From assembly GCA_035942355.1 (NCBI GenBank), contig DASZDE010000073.1, positions 8,773-72,772 of the forward strand: a stretch of 64,000 nucleotides of DNA, written 5' to 3'. Shown here piece after piece: positions 1 to 9,714 of this stretch. The translations under genes were made by a program, and so were the position numbers. The notes under the pieces are model-generated. The model saw only the letters and a program-made list of their open reading frames with translations. It made no database searches and was not told the DNA's origin. Origin of the DNA: Allosphingosinicella sp. (GTDB lineage: Bacteria > Pseudomonadota > Alphaproteobacteria > Sphingomonadales > Sphingomonadaceae). Each line of letters starts with the position of its first letter. Positions within the stretch are counted from its first letter, which is position 1.

Positions 1-848
1 CCGTAATAAATGTCGCCGCCGTTGAAATCGGCCCAGCCGGGCAGCCGGCCCGGGCGGAAACGGTCGTCGCCGGCCTCGGGGGCGAAGAAGAATACCTCCT
101 GCCGGGTTGGGAAGATGCGGCTGCCCAGCAAGTCCGGAAACAGCTTTGGGAGCCACGGCCCGCAGGCGAACACGAAATGCTCGGCGGGGAGCTTGTCGCC
201 GTGGCTGGTGACGACATGGCGGAGCCGGTCGCCGCCACCCGCGGGCGGCGCGACCGCGAGCCGCTCGTAGCGGCCGCCCTTGGGCACGAATTCGCCGATC
301 AGGGTCTGGATCGCGCGCCGGGCCATCAGCGCTCCGAAGCGAGGCTCGTACAAACCCACTGCAATGCCGTCCCAGTTCATCTGCGGGAAGCGCTCGCGGA
401 GCTGCCGAGGCTCAAGAAGGAGGGTCTCGAACCCCAGCCGCTTATGCACCTCCATGGTTTGCACCGCATAGGGCTCCAACGTCGGAAAGAAGAATACCAC
501 GCCGGTCTGGTGGAAGATCGGCAGCCCCGCCCGGTCCGATAACGAGCGCCACTCGACCAGCGAATCCCGCGCCATCCTCGCATAGACTTCGTCGGGGCCG
601 TAGGCGCCGCGGGTCATGCGCGATTCGCCGCCCGACGAGGCGCGGCTGTGGGCGGGGCCCCAGGCATCGACCAGCAGCACCTCATGGCCGGCGCGGCGCA
701 GATGCTCGGCGGTCCATGCGCCGAACGCCCCCGCGCCCACCACGATGGTGCGTTCGCCGCCGCCGCTTTGGGCGATCGCCGGCGCGGCGAGCGTGGCGGT
801 TGCCGCCGCGCCGGCGGCCAAGGCCGAACGACGGGTCATGTCGGGCAT
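1..848 (-). CDS. FAD-dependent oxidoreductase, sarcosine oxidase/DAO family, with Tat-like signal (runs off window start)
   Basis: Not in the ORF track. Manual translation gives MPDMTRRSALAAGAAATATLAAPAIAQ...IVVGAGAFGAWTA...SRASSGGESRMTRGAYG: GxGxxG FAD motif and the sarcosine-oxidase-type S(S)GxSR motif. GGAGGA RBS upstream. Confidence 0.85.
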   Translation of the reverse strand, partial: MPDMTRRSALAAGAAATATLAAPAIAQSGGGERTIVVGAGAFGAWTAEHLRRAGHEVLLVDAWGPAHSRASSGGESRMTRGAYGPDEVYARMARDSLVEWRSLSDRAGLPIFHQTGVVFFFPTLEPYAVQTMEVHKRLGFETLLLEPRQLRERFPQMNWDGIAVGLYEPRFGALMARRAIQTLIGEFVPKGGRYERLAVAPPAGGGDRLRHVVTSHGDKLPAEHFVFACGPWLPKLFPDLLGSRIFPTRQEVFFFAPEAGDDRFRPGRLPGWADFNGGDIYY

Positions 849-999
849 CGGCGATTCTCCTCCCGTCGTGCCAAAGCACGTCCCGCCGCCCTGGTACAGA
901 GACTGCGAGGGGCGCGTCGAGGGTCCGCCCGCGCCGCCTTTCCGGACCTGGACCGCCTCCGGCCCCTCCCTGGTTTCCAGGGAGGGGGGAGGGGGGTGC

Positions 1000-3438
1000 C
1001 TAGAACGCCTTGCGCACCGTCATGCCGAAGGTTCGCGGCTGGTTGGTGCTGAAGCCGAGGCGGGCGCGCCCGCCGCGCTCACGGTCGAAGGCGAGCAAGG
1101 CATTCTCGTCGAACAGATTGTTGACATAGGCGATGATGTCGAGGCCGTTGTCCATCTCGATTCCGGCGCTCAGATTGACCAGCTGGTAATCGGGCAGCTT
1201 GAGGTCGAGCGTGGTCGAGGCGGTGGCGGGCGCGCCGCCGAACGGCAGGCCGTGGACGAAGGTGCGCGGGTTGTTCTCCTGGTCGCCCGGCTGGGTGTAA
1301 CGGCTGCCGATATGCTGGAACGAGGCCGCGATGAAGGCCTCGGTGCCGTTGCTGCTGATCGGCCAGGAATAGCTCGCATTCGCCGACAGCTGGAACTTCG
1401 GCACGGACGGGAGCCGGTTGCCGTCGGCAATGCCCTCGAGGATGTCGCCATTGGCCTTGAGCAAAGTCGAATCGAACTGCGAATCGAGGATGCTGCCGGA
1501 GATCGACAGATCGAGCCCCTCGACCGGCGCTGCCGAAAGCTCGAACTCAAGGCCCATCGTATGCGCCTTGGGGGCGTTGAACACGACCCGCGAGGAGCAG
1601 GAGCCGGCATCGGCGGTGACCTGGAGGTTCTTGATCTTGGTGTAGAAGGCCGCCGCGTTGAACGTCACGCCGCTGAACTGCGACTTGACGCCGGCTTCGT
1701 AGTTCCACAGCGTCTCGTCTTCATAGGTGTTGAAGCCGCCATAAGTGGCCTCGTCGTCGTCCGAGCAGAGCGTCTCGTTCAGCGGATCGTTGACGCCGCC
1801 GAGCCGGAAGCCCTTGGCCGCCTGGACGTTGACGGTGACGTTGTCGGTGGGCTCGTAGCTGAGGATGAAGCGCGGGGCAAAGCCGTCGGACTTGGTCTCG
1901 TCGGTGACGTTGTCGCCGTTGGAGAACAAGCCGCCGGAGACGAAGCTCCTCACTTCCTTGAAGTCGAAGTAACGCAGTCCGCCAGTCGCCGTCAGCTGCC
2001 CGAAATCGTAGCTCGCCTCGCCGAACACGGCCTTCTGCTTGATGTCGTACGGGAGGTCCGCATTGTAGGGCGAGTTGAGGGGGAAGCCGTTCGCCACAGC
2101 CGCCGCGGTGCCGGCGCCGAAGCGCGCGTCGATGAACGCGTCATAGCCCGGGGTCGGCAGCCGCTGCGCGTAGACGCGGTCGACGTCCGAATAGAAGCCG
2201 CCGACCACCCACTGGAACGGGCCGGGATTGTCGGACGCCAGCCGCAGCTCCTGGCTGAACTGCTGGAGGTCGGTGGTGTCGCGCAGGTTCGACGGCAGCA
2301 GCACGCCGGCGCGCGGGAAGCCGAGGTCGACCGAGACGCTGCCGGTCAGCGCGCTGGCGTCGCGGCTGACGAGGATCTCGCGGTCGATATAGGAGGTGAC
2401 CGAGGTCAGCTCGACGCCGCCGAAGCCGAAGCTGGCGGTGAGGTCGGCGAGCAAAGTGTCGTCCTTGAACTGCTCGTCGAGCAGCAGGAACTGCTGGCGC
2501 TCGTCGAAGGTCACCGGCTGGCGCCCGCCCGGCGCGTTGGGATCGGTGAAGGGATTGGCGTAGAGGTTGTAGACCTCCTGCCGGTTGAAGCCGTCGGCGC
2601 GCACTTCCTGGTAGAGCACGCGCGGCGTGATGCTGATATTTTCCGACGGCTCGAACAGGATGGCGATGCGGCCGCCGGTGCGGCGGCCGTCGTTCACGTC
2701 CTCATCGACCCGGCCGCGGGGGCGCAGCGCGTCGATGAAACCGGCATATTCGGTGTGGTAGCCGACCGCGCGGATCGCGACGGCGTCCGACACCGGGAAG
2801 TTGATGGCGCCCTTGAGGTGGCCGCCGAGATCGTCGCCATCGACCAGGTTGAGATTGCCTTCGACCAGACCCTCGACGCGGTCGGTGCGCGGCTGGTTGG
2901 TGATATAACGGACGGTGCCGCCGACCGAACCCGAGCCGAACAGGGTCCCCTGCGGACCGCGCAGGGTCTCGACGCGGTTGAGGTCGAACAGGTCGATGTC
3001 GGGCGTGAACAGCGACAGCGAGATCACCGATTCGTCGAGATAGATGCCGACCTGTTCCTTGACGCCCGGCTGGTCGCGGACGATCTGGCCCGCCGACACG
3101 CCGCGGACGGCTACCTGGCTCTGGCCCGGGCCGAGATTCTGGACGGTGAGGCCGGCGACGTTGCGGGACAGATCCTCGATCGTGGTCGCGCCCGATTTCT
3201 GGATGTCCTCCTGGCTCTGCGCGTTGATCGAGAAAGGCACGTCCTGGACCGTCGAGGCGCGCTTGGTCGCGGTGACGATGATGGTTTCGTCATCGTCGGT
3301 CTCGCCGGGGCCGGCGCCCTGCGCGCCCGCTCCGCCCTGCGCGGCCGCGGCCGACGACATGGCGAGCAGCGCCGCGAACGAGGTGCCGGCAGCAAAAGTG
3401 TTTCTTTTCCGAATAGTTGGCTGTTGGCGCTCAGACAT
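1000..3438 (-). CDS. TonB-dependent receptor
   Basis: Signal peptide, TonB box (ETIIVTA), plug motif VETLRGPQGTLFG, C-terminal Phe, 812 aa. Confidence 0.95.
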   Translation of the reverse strand: MSERQQPTIRKRNTFAAGTSFAALLAMSSAAAAQGGAGAQGAGPGETDDDETIIVTATKRASTVQDVPFSINAQSQEDIQKSGATTIEDLSRNVAGLTVQNLGPGQSQVAVRGVSAGQIVRDQPGVKEQVGIYLDESVISLSLFTPDIDLFDLNRVETLRGPQGTLFGSGSVGGTVRYITNQPRTDRVEGLVEGNLNLVDGDDLGGHLKGAINFPVSDAVAIRAVGYHTEYAGFIDALRPRGRVDEDVNDGRRTGGRIAILFEPSENISITPRVLYQEVRADGFNRQEVYNLYANPFTDPNAPGGRQPVTFDERQQFLLLDEQFKDDTLLADLTASFGFGGVELTSVTSYIDREILVSRDASALTGSVSVDLGFPRAGVLLPSNLRDTTDLQQFSQELRLASDNPGPFQWVVGGFYSDVDRVYAQRLPTPGYDAFIDARFGAGTAAAVANGFPLNSPYNADLPYDIKQKAVFGEASYDFGQLTATGGLRYFDFKEVRSFVSGGLFSNGDNVTDETKSDGFAPRFILSYEPTDNVTVNVQAAKGFRLGGVNDPLNETLCSDDDEATYGGFNTYEDETLWNYEAGVKSQFSGVTFNAAAFYTKIKNLQVTADAGSCSSRVVFNAPKAHTMGLEFELSAAPVEGLDLSISGSILDSQFDSTLLKANGDILEGIADGNRLPSVPKFQLSANASYSWPISSNGTEAFIAASFQHIGSRYTQPGDQENNPRTFVHGLPFGGAPATASTTLDLKLPDYQLVNLSAGIEMDNGLDIIAYVNNLFDENALLAFDRERGGRARLGFSTNQPRTFGMTVRKAF

Positions 3439-3491
3439 TTCGGTTTCCTTCCCGGGCTTTGATCCGGGTTAGTTTTAGAGTGGCGCAAAAA

Positions 3492-3507
3492 TGGCACAAG
3501 TGATGCC
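3492..3507. promoter_or_regulatory. Possible sigma54 -24/-12 element, readable in both orientations
   Basis: TGGCACAAGTGATGC on + and AGGCATCACTTGTGC on - both have GG-N10-GC spacing. It lies between divergent genes. The -12 box is imperfect. Confidence 0.35.
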
Positions 3508-3681
3508 TCCCTGCACCGCCGTAAAATCTCTCAGCTGTTGTACGGCGGTGACACGGGGCTCCGGCGGAAAATCAGCCCTCCGTTGCTCCGCTCGCGGCCG
3601 CCGCGCAATTTCAACGCTGCTTCAAACGCTGTCCCCCACGCGGTGCGGTTAGGCCGCCCGAACCAAACCTTGGGAGGCATC

Positions 3682-4404
3682 ATGATCGGCATCTATCACT
3701 ATATCGCGGCCGGGCTGTTTGCGGCCTTCGGCCTGCTCGACCTGCTCGCCAGCGCGCGGCACTTCCCCGACGTCACCTTCTGGCGGCTCAAGGGCGCGGC
3801 CTTCACCCTGCTTTATTTCGCCGCCGCCACCGCCGGACCGCTGATGTGGGACGCGGCGCTGGCGGAGCATCGGCTGTTCGACGCGACCGTGCTGCCGCTG
3901 CCGATCCAGATAGTAGGCGGCCTGCTGCTGCTCGAGCTCGGCATCTATGCGTGGCACCGGACGATGCACAAGGTACCCTTCCTGTGGCGCTGGTTCCACC
4001 AGCTGCACCACAGCGCGGAGCGGGTCGACATCTGGGGCGCCTTCTATTTCTCGCCGCTCGACATGGCCGGCTGGAGCCTGCTCGGCAGCCTCGTCCTGGT
4101 CGGCGGCTTCGGGATCGGCGCCGAGGCGGCGATCGTCGTCGGCGTCTTCCTGACCTTCCTGTCGATGTTCCAGCATGCCAACATCCGCACCCCGCACTGG
4201 CTCGGCTATCTGATCGTTCGTCCGGAGAGCCATTCCGCGCATCACGAGCGCGGCGTCCACGGCTACAATTATTGCGACCTGCCGCTGTGGGACATGATCT
4301 TCGGCACCTTCCGCAATCCGCGCGAGTGGGACCGCCAGGCGGGCTTCTACGACGGCGCCTCGAAACGTCTGGGCGCCATGCTGATCGGGAGGGAAATCGC
4401 ATGA
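3682..4404 (+). CDS. Sterol desaturase / fatty acid hydroxylase family protein
   Basis: His boxes HRTMH, HQLHH and HSAHH plus NY.DLPLWD..FGT; GGAGG RBS before ATG 3682. Confidence 0.9.
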   Translation: MIGIYHYIAAGLFAAFGLLDLLASARHFPDVTFWRLKGAAFTLLYFAAATAGPLMWDAALAEHRLFDATVLPLPIQIVGGLLLLELGIYAWHRTMHKVPFLWRWFHQLHHSAERVDIWGAFYFSPLDMAGWSLLGSLVLVGGFGIGAEAAIVVGVFLTFLSMFQHANIRTPHWLGYLIVRPESHSAHHERGVHGYNYCDLPLWDMIFGTFRNPREWDRQAGFYDGASKRLGAMLIGREIA

Positions 4405-5315
4405 AGAGGCTGCTCGCTTTGCTGATGCTGTTGGCGGCGCCCGCCCTCGCTGCGCCCGTCGACCAGGCGGGCTGGAACGGGCGCAAGCAGACGGTCGCGC
4501 TGCCCAACGGCACGCGCTTGGCCTATGTCGAGATGGGCGATCCGGCCGGACCGCCATTGCTGCTGCTCCACGGCTATACCGACACCAGCCGCAGCTGGAG
4601 CCTGGTCGCGCCCTATTTGCCGACGCACCGGCTGCTGATGCCGGACCAGCGCGGCCACGGCGGATCGGACAAGCCCGAATGCTGCTACGCCCCGTCGGAC
4701 TTCGCGCACGACGCCAGGCTGTTCCTCGACGCCATGGGGGTCGAGCGGGCCGCGGTGGCCGGGCATTCGCTGGGTTCGATGGTGGCGCAGACGCTTGCCG
4801 CGGAGCATCCGGAGCGGGTGTCGAAGCTGATCCTGATCGGCTCGACGTCGCTGGCGCCCGTGAAACGCGGCGACTGGCTGTGGACGGAGGTCAATGGGCT
4901 GGCCGACCCGATCGAACCCGGGAGCCGGTTCATGCGCGAGTGGAGCCCGGCGAACGCGCCGACTCCGGTCGATCCCGGTTTCGCCGCCGCGGCGATGACC
5001 GAAATCCTCGCGGTCCCGCGTCACGTGTGGCGCGGCGTGCTGCGCGAGCTGGTCGACGTGCCGGTCGGCCGGCTCGCACCCGACATCAGCTCGCCGACCC
5101 TGATCCTGTCGGGCGGCAAGGACCCGATCTTCCCTCCGCACCATCACCGGGCGCTGACGAAGGCGCTCCCGCACGCGCAGGCTCATGTCTTTGCCGCGCT
5201 TGGGCACAACCTCAATTGGGAGCGGCCCGAGGAGGTGGCGGCGGCGATGGCGGAGTTCCTCGCCGCGAGTGGGGATTCACCAGCCCGGCGCGCGCGTCAC
5301 GGAGCCCGCCGGTAG
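4401..5315 (+). CDS. Secreted alpha/beta hydrolase
   Basis: Signal peptide MKRLLALLMLLAAPALA, LLHGY, GHSLG nucleophile motif, GHNL; ATGA overlap with the upstream gene. Confidence 0.9.
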   Translation: MKRLLALLMLLAAPALAAPVDQAGWNGRKQTVALPNGTRLAYVEMGDPAGPPLLLLHGYTDTSRSWSLVAPYLPTHRLLMPDQRGHGGSDKPECCYAPSDFAHDARLFLDAMGVERAAVAGHSLGSMVAQTLAAEHPERVSKLILIGSTSLAPVKRGDWLWTEVNGLADPIEPGSRFMREWSPANAPTPVDPGFAAAAMTEILAVPRHVWRGVLRELVDVPVGRLAPDISSPTLILSGGKDPIFPPHHHRALTKALPHAQAHVFAALGHNLNWERPEEVAAAMAEFLAASGDSPARRARHGARR

Positions 5316-5767
5316 CTCCAGGTCTGCGCGTTGCTGCCGTCGGCGCTGGAGATGGTGGCGGTCATCGCATCGCCCTCGCGCCGGTAGGTGATGCGCTGCG
5401 GGAAATCATGATGGGGATTCTCGAACACGACGGTGGACGTGCCCGCCTTGGCCAGAATGAAGCCGACCGGCGCGCGGCCGCCGACGAACGCCCAGTAGGT
5501 GAGCGCCCCCGTCCCGTCGGGGGCGATGCGGATATATTCGAAATTCGCGCCTTTGAGGCCGGTGCCGGTGCGGCTGAGGCCCAGCATCATGCCGCCGCGG
5601 GGCGCGGTCCAATGCTCCTCCGCCCAGCCGGTCCGAGTTTCCCCCACCCACGTGCCGCTCATCCAGCCGAGCGAGTCCACAGTGAACGGGGCCATCTCCT
5701 GGGCCATGGCCGGTGAGCCGGCGGCGATCAGCATCGCCGCGGCCGCGGCTGCGAAAATGCGTGTCAT
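5297..5767 (-). CDS. DUF6265-like secreted protein
   Basis: Signal peptide; WMSGTW, EEHW, VFENPHHDFPQRITYRR motifs. Confidence 0.75.
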   Translation of the reverse strand: MTRIFAAAAAAMLIAAGSPAMAQEMAPFTVDSLGWMSGTWVGETRTGWAEEHWTAPRGGMMLGLSRTGTGLKGANFEYIRIAPDGTGALTYWAFVGGRAPVGFILAKAGTSTVVFENPHHDFPQRITYRREGDAMTATISSADGSNAQTWSYRRAP

Positions 5768-5931
5768 CTTCGTTTCTCCCTTGACGCCTGAGCGATCTTC
5801 TCACGTCCGCACCCGCGAGTCTCCAGCGAAAACGCCCCAAAATGGGGTTGCGCGGCCGTGGCTTTGGCGGACAGGCGAGGGAGGCGGAGCGGGCCTCCCG
5901 AGGAGACCCGCTCGCGCATCGCCGGCAGAAG

Positions 5932-6504
5932 TCAGTAGGCGAGGCCGTAATAATCGTGGACGCGCTCGCCATAGGAGCGGTCGAAGCTCGGCTCGCTGTC
6001 GCGGTCGAAGCTCGGCGCCCGCTCGAGGTCGCGCTCGGTCATGTCGATCCGGTAGCCGCCGGCGCGGGTGTCGTAGGTCAGCACCCGCCATGGCAGCGGA
6101 TAATAACGCGTACCCAGTCCGAGGAAGCCGCCAAAGGTCATCACCGCATATTCTACCCGGCCGGAGATCTTATCGACCATGAAATTGTAGATGCTGCCGA
6201 GCCGGTGGCCGTCGCGGCCGTAGACGGCCGTGCCTTCAACCTTGTTGGACGCGATCAGCCGGCCGGTCTCGTCGATCGGCAGCCCCGGGCGATGGTCGTC
6301 GCGGCCGAATTCGCGCTCGCGCCGCTGATCCCGGTCGGAGAAGCGGTCATAGCCGCCGAAGCGGCCGCCGCGCTCGCGGTCCTCGTCGCGGCCGCGCCAG
6401 CCGCCGCCGAACATGCCGCGCTCGCGGCCATAGCCGCGCTCGCGGCCGCCCCGGTCGCGGCTGCGCGTGTAGCTGTCGTCGTCATAACGGTCATAACCAG
6501 CCAT
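5932..6504 (-). CDS. PRC-barrel domain protein
   Basis: LIASNKVEGTAVY...GSIYNFMVDKISGRVEYAVMTFGGFLGLG...YYPLPW. Confidence 0.9.
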   Translation of the reverse strand: MAGYDRYDDDSYTRSRDRGGRERGYGRERGMFGGGWRGRDEDRERGGRFGGYDRFSDRDQRREREFGRDDHRPGLPIDETGRLIASNKVEGTAVYGRDGHRLGSIYNFMVDKISGRVEYAVMTFGGFLGLGTRYYPLPWRVLTYDTRAGGYRIDMTERDLERAPSFDRDSEPSFDRSYGERVHDYYGLAY

Positions 6505-6584
6505 CTCGAATCTCCTTCATTGCCATGTTTGAGGGGGAATGGGAGCGGCGGCCCCGCGACGCGAGACCGCCTTGCCCGTGCCGC

Positions 6585-7313
6585 TCAGGACGAGCCGCGG
6601 CCGCCGCGAGCCTCGCCGCCTGCCTCGGCCGGCTCCGCGGCCGAAGCGCCGCTGAGGCCGCCCGACGCGGTCGCCGAGCCGGCGGTGCTGCCGGCCGAGC
6701 CGGTGCCCGACATATTGCCGCTGAGGCCGCTGCTGCGGGCGCTTTCGCCGCCGCCCCGGCCTTGCCGGCTTTGGCGCCAGCTGCCGAAATCGCTTTCGAA
6801 CTGCTGCTGCCGCTCGCGGCAATATTCCTCATAATCGCGGTCGAGCTCGGCGATCTGCCGCTCGCGCCAGCTGCGATAATGGTCGTCGAAGTCGGCGCTC
6901 AGGCTGCCGCCGCTGAAGCTGCGCCGGCCGCCGCGATAATCGCCCTGACCGCCGAACCCGCCCTGGCCGGAGCCGCCGCCATAATCGCCCTGGAAGCCGC
7001 CCCTGCCGTGCTCGCGGCCATAATGGCTTGGGCGACCGGCATCATCGCCGCCGCCCCAGGGCTCGCCGGGGCCGTCCGACCCGCCGCCGGCATAGCGGCC
7101 GTCCCGCTCGCGGCGGCGCTGCGCCTCTTCGTCGCCCAACCAGGACCGCACTTCGTCGCCGGCGCGATCGAAGAAGCCGCGATCGTCCCCGCGCGATCTT
7201 CCCTCGCCTTCGCCACCCGGGCGGCCGCGGCCCGAGCCGCCGCGCTCGTCGTCGCTGAAGATGGACTCGCGGCCAGAGCCGCCGCGCTCCTGCTGATAGC
7301 GATTATCTGCCAT
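6585..7313 (-). CDS. SWFGD-motif general stress protein, Gly/Arg-rich
   Basis: RGFFDRAGDEVRSWLGDEEA motif, DDHYRSWRERQIAELDRDY; GGAGGAG RBS before ATG 7313. Confidence 0.75.
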   Translation of the reverse strand: MADNRYQQERGGSGRESIFSDDERGGSGRGRPGGEGEGRSRGDDRGFFDRAGDEVRSWLGDEEAQRRRERDGRYAGGGSDGPGEPWGGGDDAGRPSHYGREHGRGGFQGDYGGGSGQGGFGGQGDYRGGRRSFSGGSLSADFDDHYRSWRERQIAELDRDYEEYCRERQQQFESDFGSWRQSRQGRGGGESARSSGLSGNMSGTGSAGSTAGSATASGGLSGASAAEPAEAGGEARGGRGSS

Positions 7314-7364
7314 GAGGCATCTCCTCCGATGTCGCTTGAAGGGCATTTCCGCCCGTGGCGGATC

Positions 7365-7390
7365 AACGGACAAGCGGCCGGGGCCGTTCC
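7365..7390 (-). promoter_or_regulatory. EcfG (general stress sigma) promoter
   Basis: GGAAC-N17-CGTT on the minus strand, about 50 nt upstream of the SWFGD gene start. Confidence 0.75.
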
Positions 7391-7531
7391 GCGATTCGGC
7401 GCGCGGCACGGCTCGGCCCGCCTCTCCGCCGGCGATCGCCGCAAGGCGCGGCCACGAAGCCGCCGACCGCTGGTCTTGCGGACCGGCAGAAACTCTGGGA
7501 CAGGAGGAGCGGGGAAAATCTGGAGCCCGGC

Positions 7532-8356
7532 ATGAACCGATTGCCGCTGCAGCCGAAGGCCGCCGACGCCGCCCCGGCCGGCCGAGCCAGTACCGTGCGG
7601 CCGCCGCTGCGGCGCCGGCTCTACCTCCAGCTCGATCCGAGGGCGTGGCCGAAACCCGGGCTGTCGCCGCTGAACACCCTGGTGACGGCGGCGATCATCG
7701 TGGCCACCGCCGCTGCCATCGCCGAGACCGAACCGTTGGTGACCACCGGCCGCGAGCGCCTGTTCGAGGCGCTGGAGCTCGGCTTCGGCATCTTCTTCCT
7801 CGCCGAATATGCGGGCCGGCTGTGGACGGTGGTCGAGGACCGCGGGTCGCGCCCGGCCTGGCGCTGCCGGCTGGCCTTCGTGCGCTCGCCGGCCGCGATC
7901 TTCGACCTGCTGGCGATCCTTTCGGCGCTGCTTCCGTTCGTCGGGGCGAGCGGGGCGATGCTCCGGCTGGTGCGGCTGCTGCGCATCTTCCGCCTCGCCA
8001 AGCTCGGCCGGATGAGCGCCGCGCTCAGGAACCTCAGCTCGGCGGTGGCGTCGCGCCGGTTCGAGCTCGCCGCCACGGTCGGCCTGGCGCTGATGCTGGT
8101 CGTGTTCGGGGCCACCGCGCTCTACTGGATCGAGGGCGAGATCCAGCCCGACAAGTTCGGCAGCATCCCGCGCGCTCTGTGGTGGGCGGTGGTGACGCTG
8201 ACGACGATCGGCTATGGCGACCTCTTTCCGGTCACGCCGCTCGGCAAGCTGGTCGCCGCCTTCGTCGCCGTGGCCGGCATCGGCCTGATCGCCATGCCCA
8301 CCGGCATCCTCGCCTCCGCCTTCAGCGAAGCTTCACAGCGCGCCAAGGCGGGCTGA
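7532..8356 (+). CDS. Ion transporter / voltage-gated-type K+ channel
   Basis: S4-like LRLVRLLRIFRLAKLGR; pore motif WWAVVTLTTIGYGD. Confidence 0.9.
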   Translation: MNRLPLQPKAADAAPAGRASTVRPPLRRRLYLQLDPRAWPKPGLSPLNTLVTAAIIVATAAAIAETEPLVTTGRERLFEALELGFGIFFLAEYAGRLWTVVEDRGSRPAWRCRLAFVRSPAAIFDLLAILSALLPFVGASGAMLRLVRLLRIFRLAKLGRMSAALRNLSSAVASRRFELAATVGLALMLVVFGATALYWIEGEIQPDKFGSIPRALWWAVVTLTTIGYGDLFPVTPLGKLVAAFVAVAGIGLIAMPTGILASAFSEASQRAKAG

Positions 8357-8429
8357 TCCAGCGCCCTCCGCGGCGCCGGGCCAAGGCCGCTTTCGGATGG
8401 GGGGCACGGCTGGTAGACGCGGCCGGACG

Positions 8430-9656
8430 ATGGACGGATTTTCGCTCCCGACCCTTGGCCTGATCCTGCTGGTGGCGTCGCTGGTGGCGATGATCTCGCG
8501 GCGGGCGCGAATGCCGTACAGCGTCGGCCTGGTCGCGGCCGGAATTGCCCTGGCCTTGCTGCCGACGGGAGCGCAGCCGGCGCTGTCGCGGGAGCTGATC
8601 TTCAACATCTTCCTGCCGCCGCTCGTCTTCGAGGCCGCCCTGCAGCTCCACTGGCGCCGCTTCCGCACCGAGCTTCCGCTGACGCTGACCCTCGCCTTCC
8701 TGGGCGTGCCGATCGCGGCGGCGGCGGTCGCCGCCGGCATGCATTTCGTGGCCGGCTGGAGCTGGATCGGCGCCGCCCTGTTCGGCGTGCTGATCGCCGC
8801 CACCGACCCGGTCTCGGTGATCGCCGCGTTCAAGGAGATGAAGGTCCAGCCCCGCCTGGCGATGGTGGTGGAATCCGAAAGCCTGCTCAACGACGGCGCC
8901 GCCGCGGTCGGCTTCGGCGTGCTCGCCGCGATCGCGGTCGGCGCCGCCTCCGGGCCCGGCGCGGTCGCCGTCTCCTTCCTGTGGACGGTGTTGGGCGGCA
9001 TCCTCGCCGGCGGCCTCGTCGCGGGGGCAGTGCTGCTGATCGCCGGCCGCACCGAGGACCATCTCGTCGAGATCACGCTCACCACCATCGCCGCTTACGG
9101 CTCGTTCCTGCTGGCGGAGCATTTCCACACCTCCGGCGTGCTCGCCTCGCTCGCCGCCGGCCTGATCGTCGGCAATATCGGCTGGATGGGCTCGATCTCG
9201 GACAGCGGCCGCGGCCCGGTGCTGGCCTTCTGGGAATATGCCGCCTTCCTCGCCAATTCGGTGGTGTTCATCCTGATCGGCATCCACGAGGCGCAGCAGC
9301 CGATCGGCCTGTTCTCCGGAACTGCCGCGCTCGCGATCGGGCTGGTGCTGCTCGGCCGGCTGATCGCCGTTTATCCGTTGTCGGCCTTGTTCGCGCCGAC
9401 CCGGCTGAAGCTTTCGGCGCCCTACCAGCACGTGCTGTTCTGGGGCGGGCTGCGCGGCGCGCTCGCGCTCGCGCTGGCGCTCGCGCTGCCCGACGCGGTG
9501 CCGGAGCGCCGGGAAATCATCGTCATCGCCTTCGCCGTGGTCGCCTTCTCGATCTTCGTCCAGGGCCTGACCATGCCGTGGCTGCTCCGCCGCCTGAGGG
9601 TGACGGCCGACAGCGGCGACAAGGAAGGCGGAGCATCGGCGGGGCAGGCGGGGTGA
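8430..9656 (+). CDS. CPA1 family Na+/H+ antiporter
   Basis: Multi-TM; FLPPLVFEAA, ATDPVSV, ESLLNDG, WGGLRGALALALA motifs. Confidence 0.92.
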   Translation: MDGFSLPTLGLILLVASLVAMISRRARMPYSVGLVAAGIALALLPTGAQPALSRELIFNIFLPPLVFEAALQLHWRRFRTELPLTLTLAFLGVPIAAAAVAAGMHFVAGWSWIGAALFGVLIAATDPVSVIAAFKEMKVQPRLAMVVESESLLNDGAAAVGFGVLAAIAVGAASGPGAVAVSFLWTVLGGILAGGLVAGAVLLIAGRTEDHLVEITLTTIAAYGSFLLAEHFHTSGVLASLAAGLIVGNIGWMGSISDSGRGPVLAFWEYAAFLANSVVFILIGIHEAQQPIGLFSGTAALAIGLVLLGRLIAVYPLSALFAPTRLKLSAPYQHVLFWGGLRGALALALALALPDAVPERREIIVIAFAVVAFSIFVQGLTMPWLLRRLRVTADSGDKEGGASAGQAG

Positions 9657-9714
9657 ACCTTGCCCGGTCGGAAGGGAAAGCCAAGCCGACATACGAGAAA
9701 GGGAGTCTCAGAGG

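Noticed and set aside
616-3462. Very long antisense and alternate-frame ORFs (e.g. 616-3462, 12746-14527, 14979-16967, 37237-39861, 43574-45292, 49917-51461)
   Set aside because: These are shadows of real genes in high-GC DNA. They have no motifs, and the opposite or alternate frame holds the recognisable protein.
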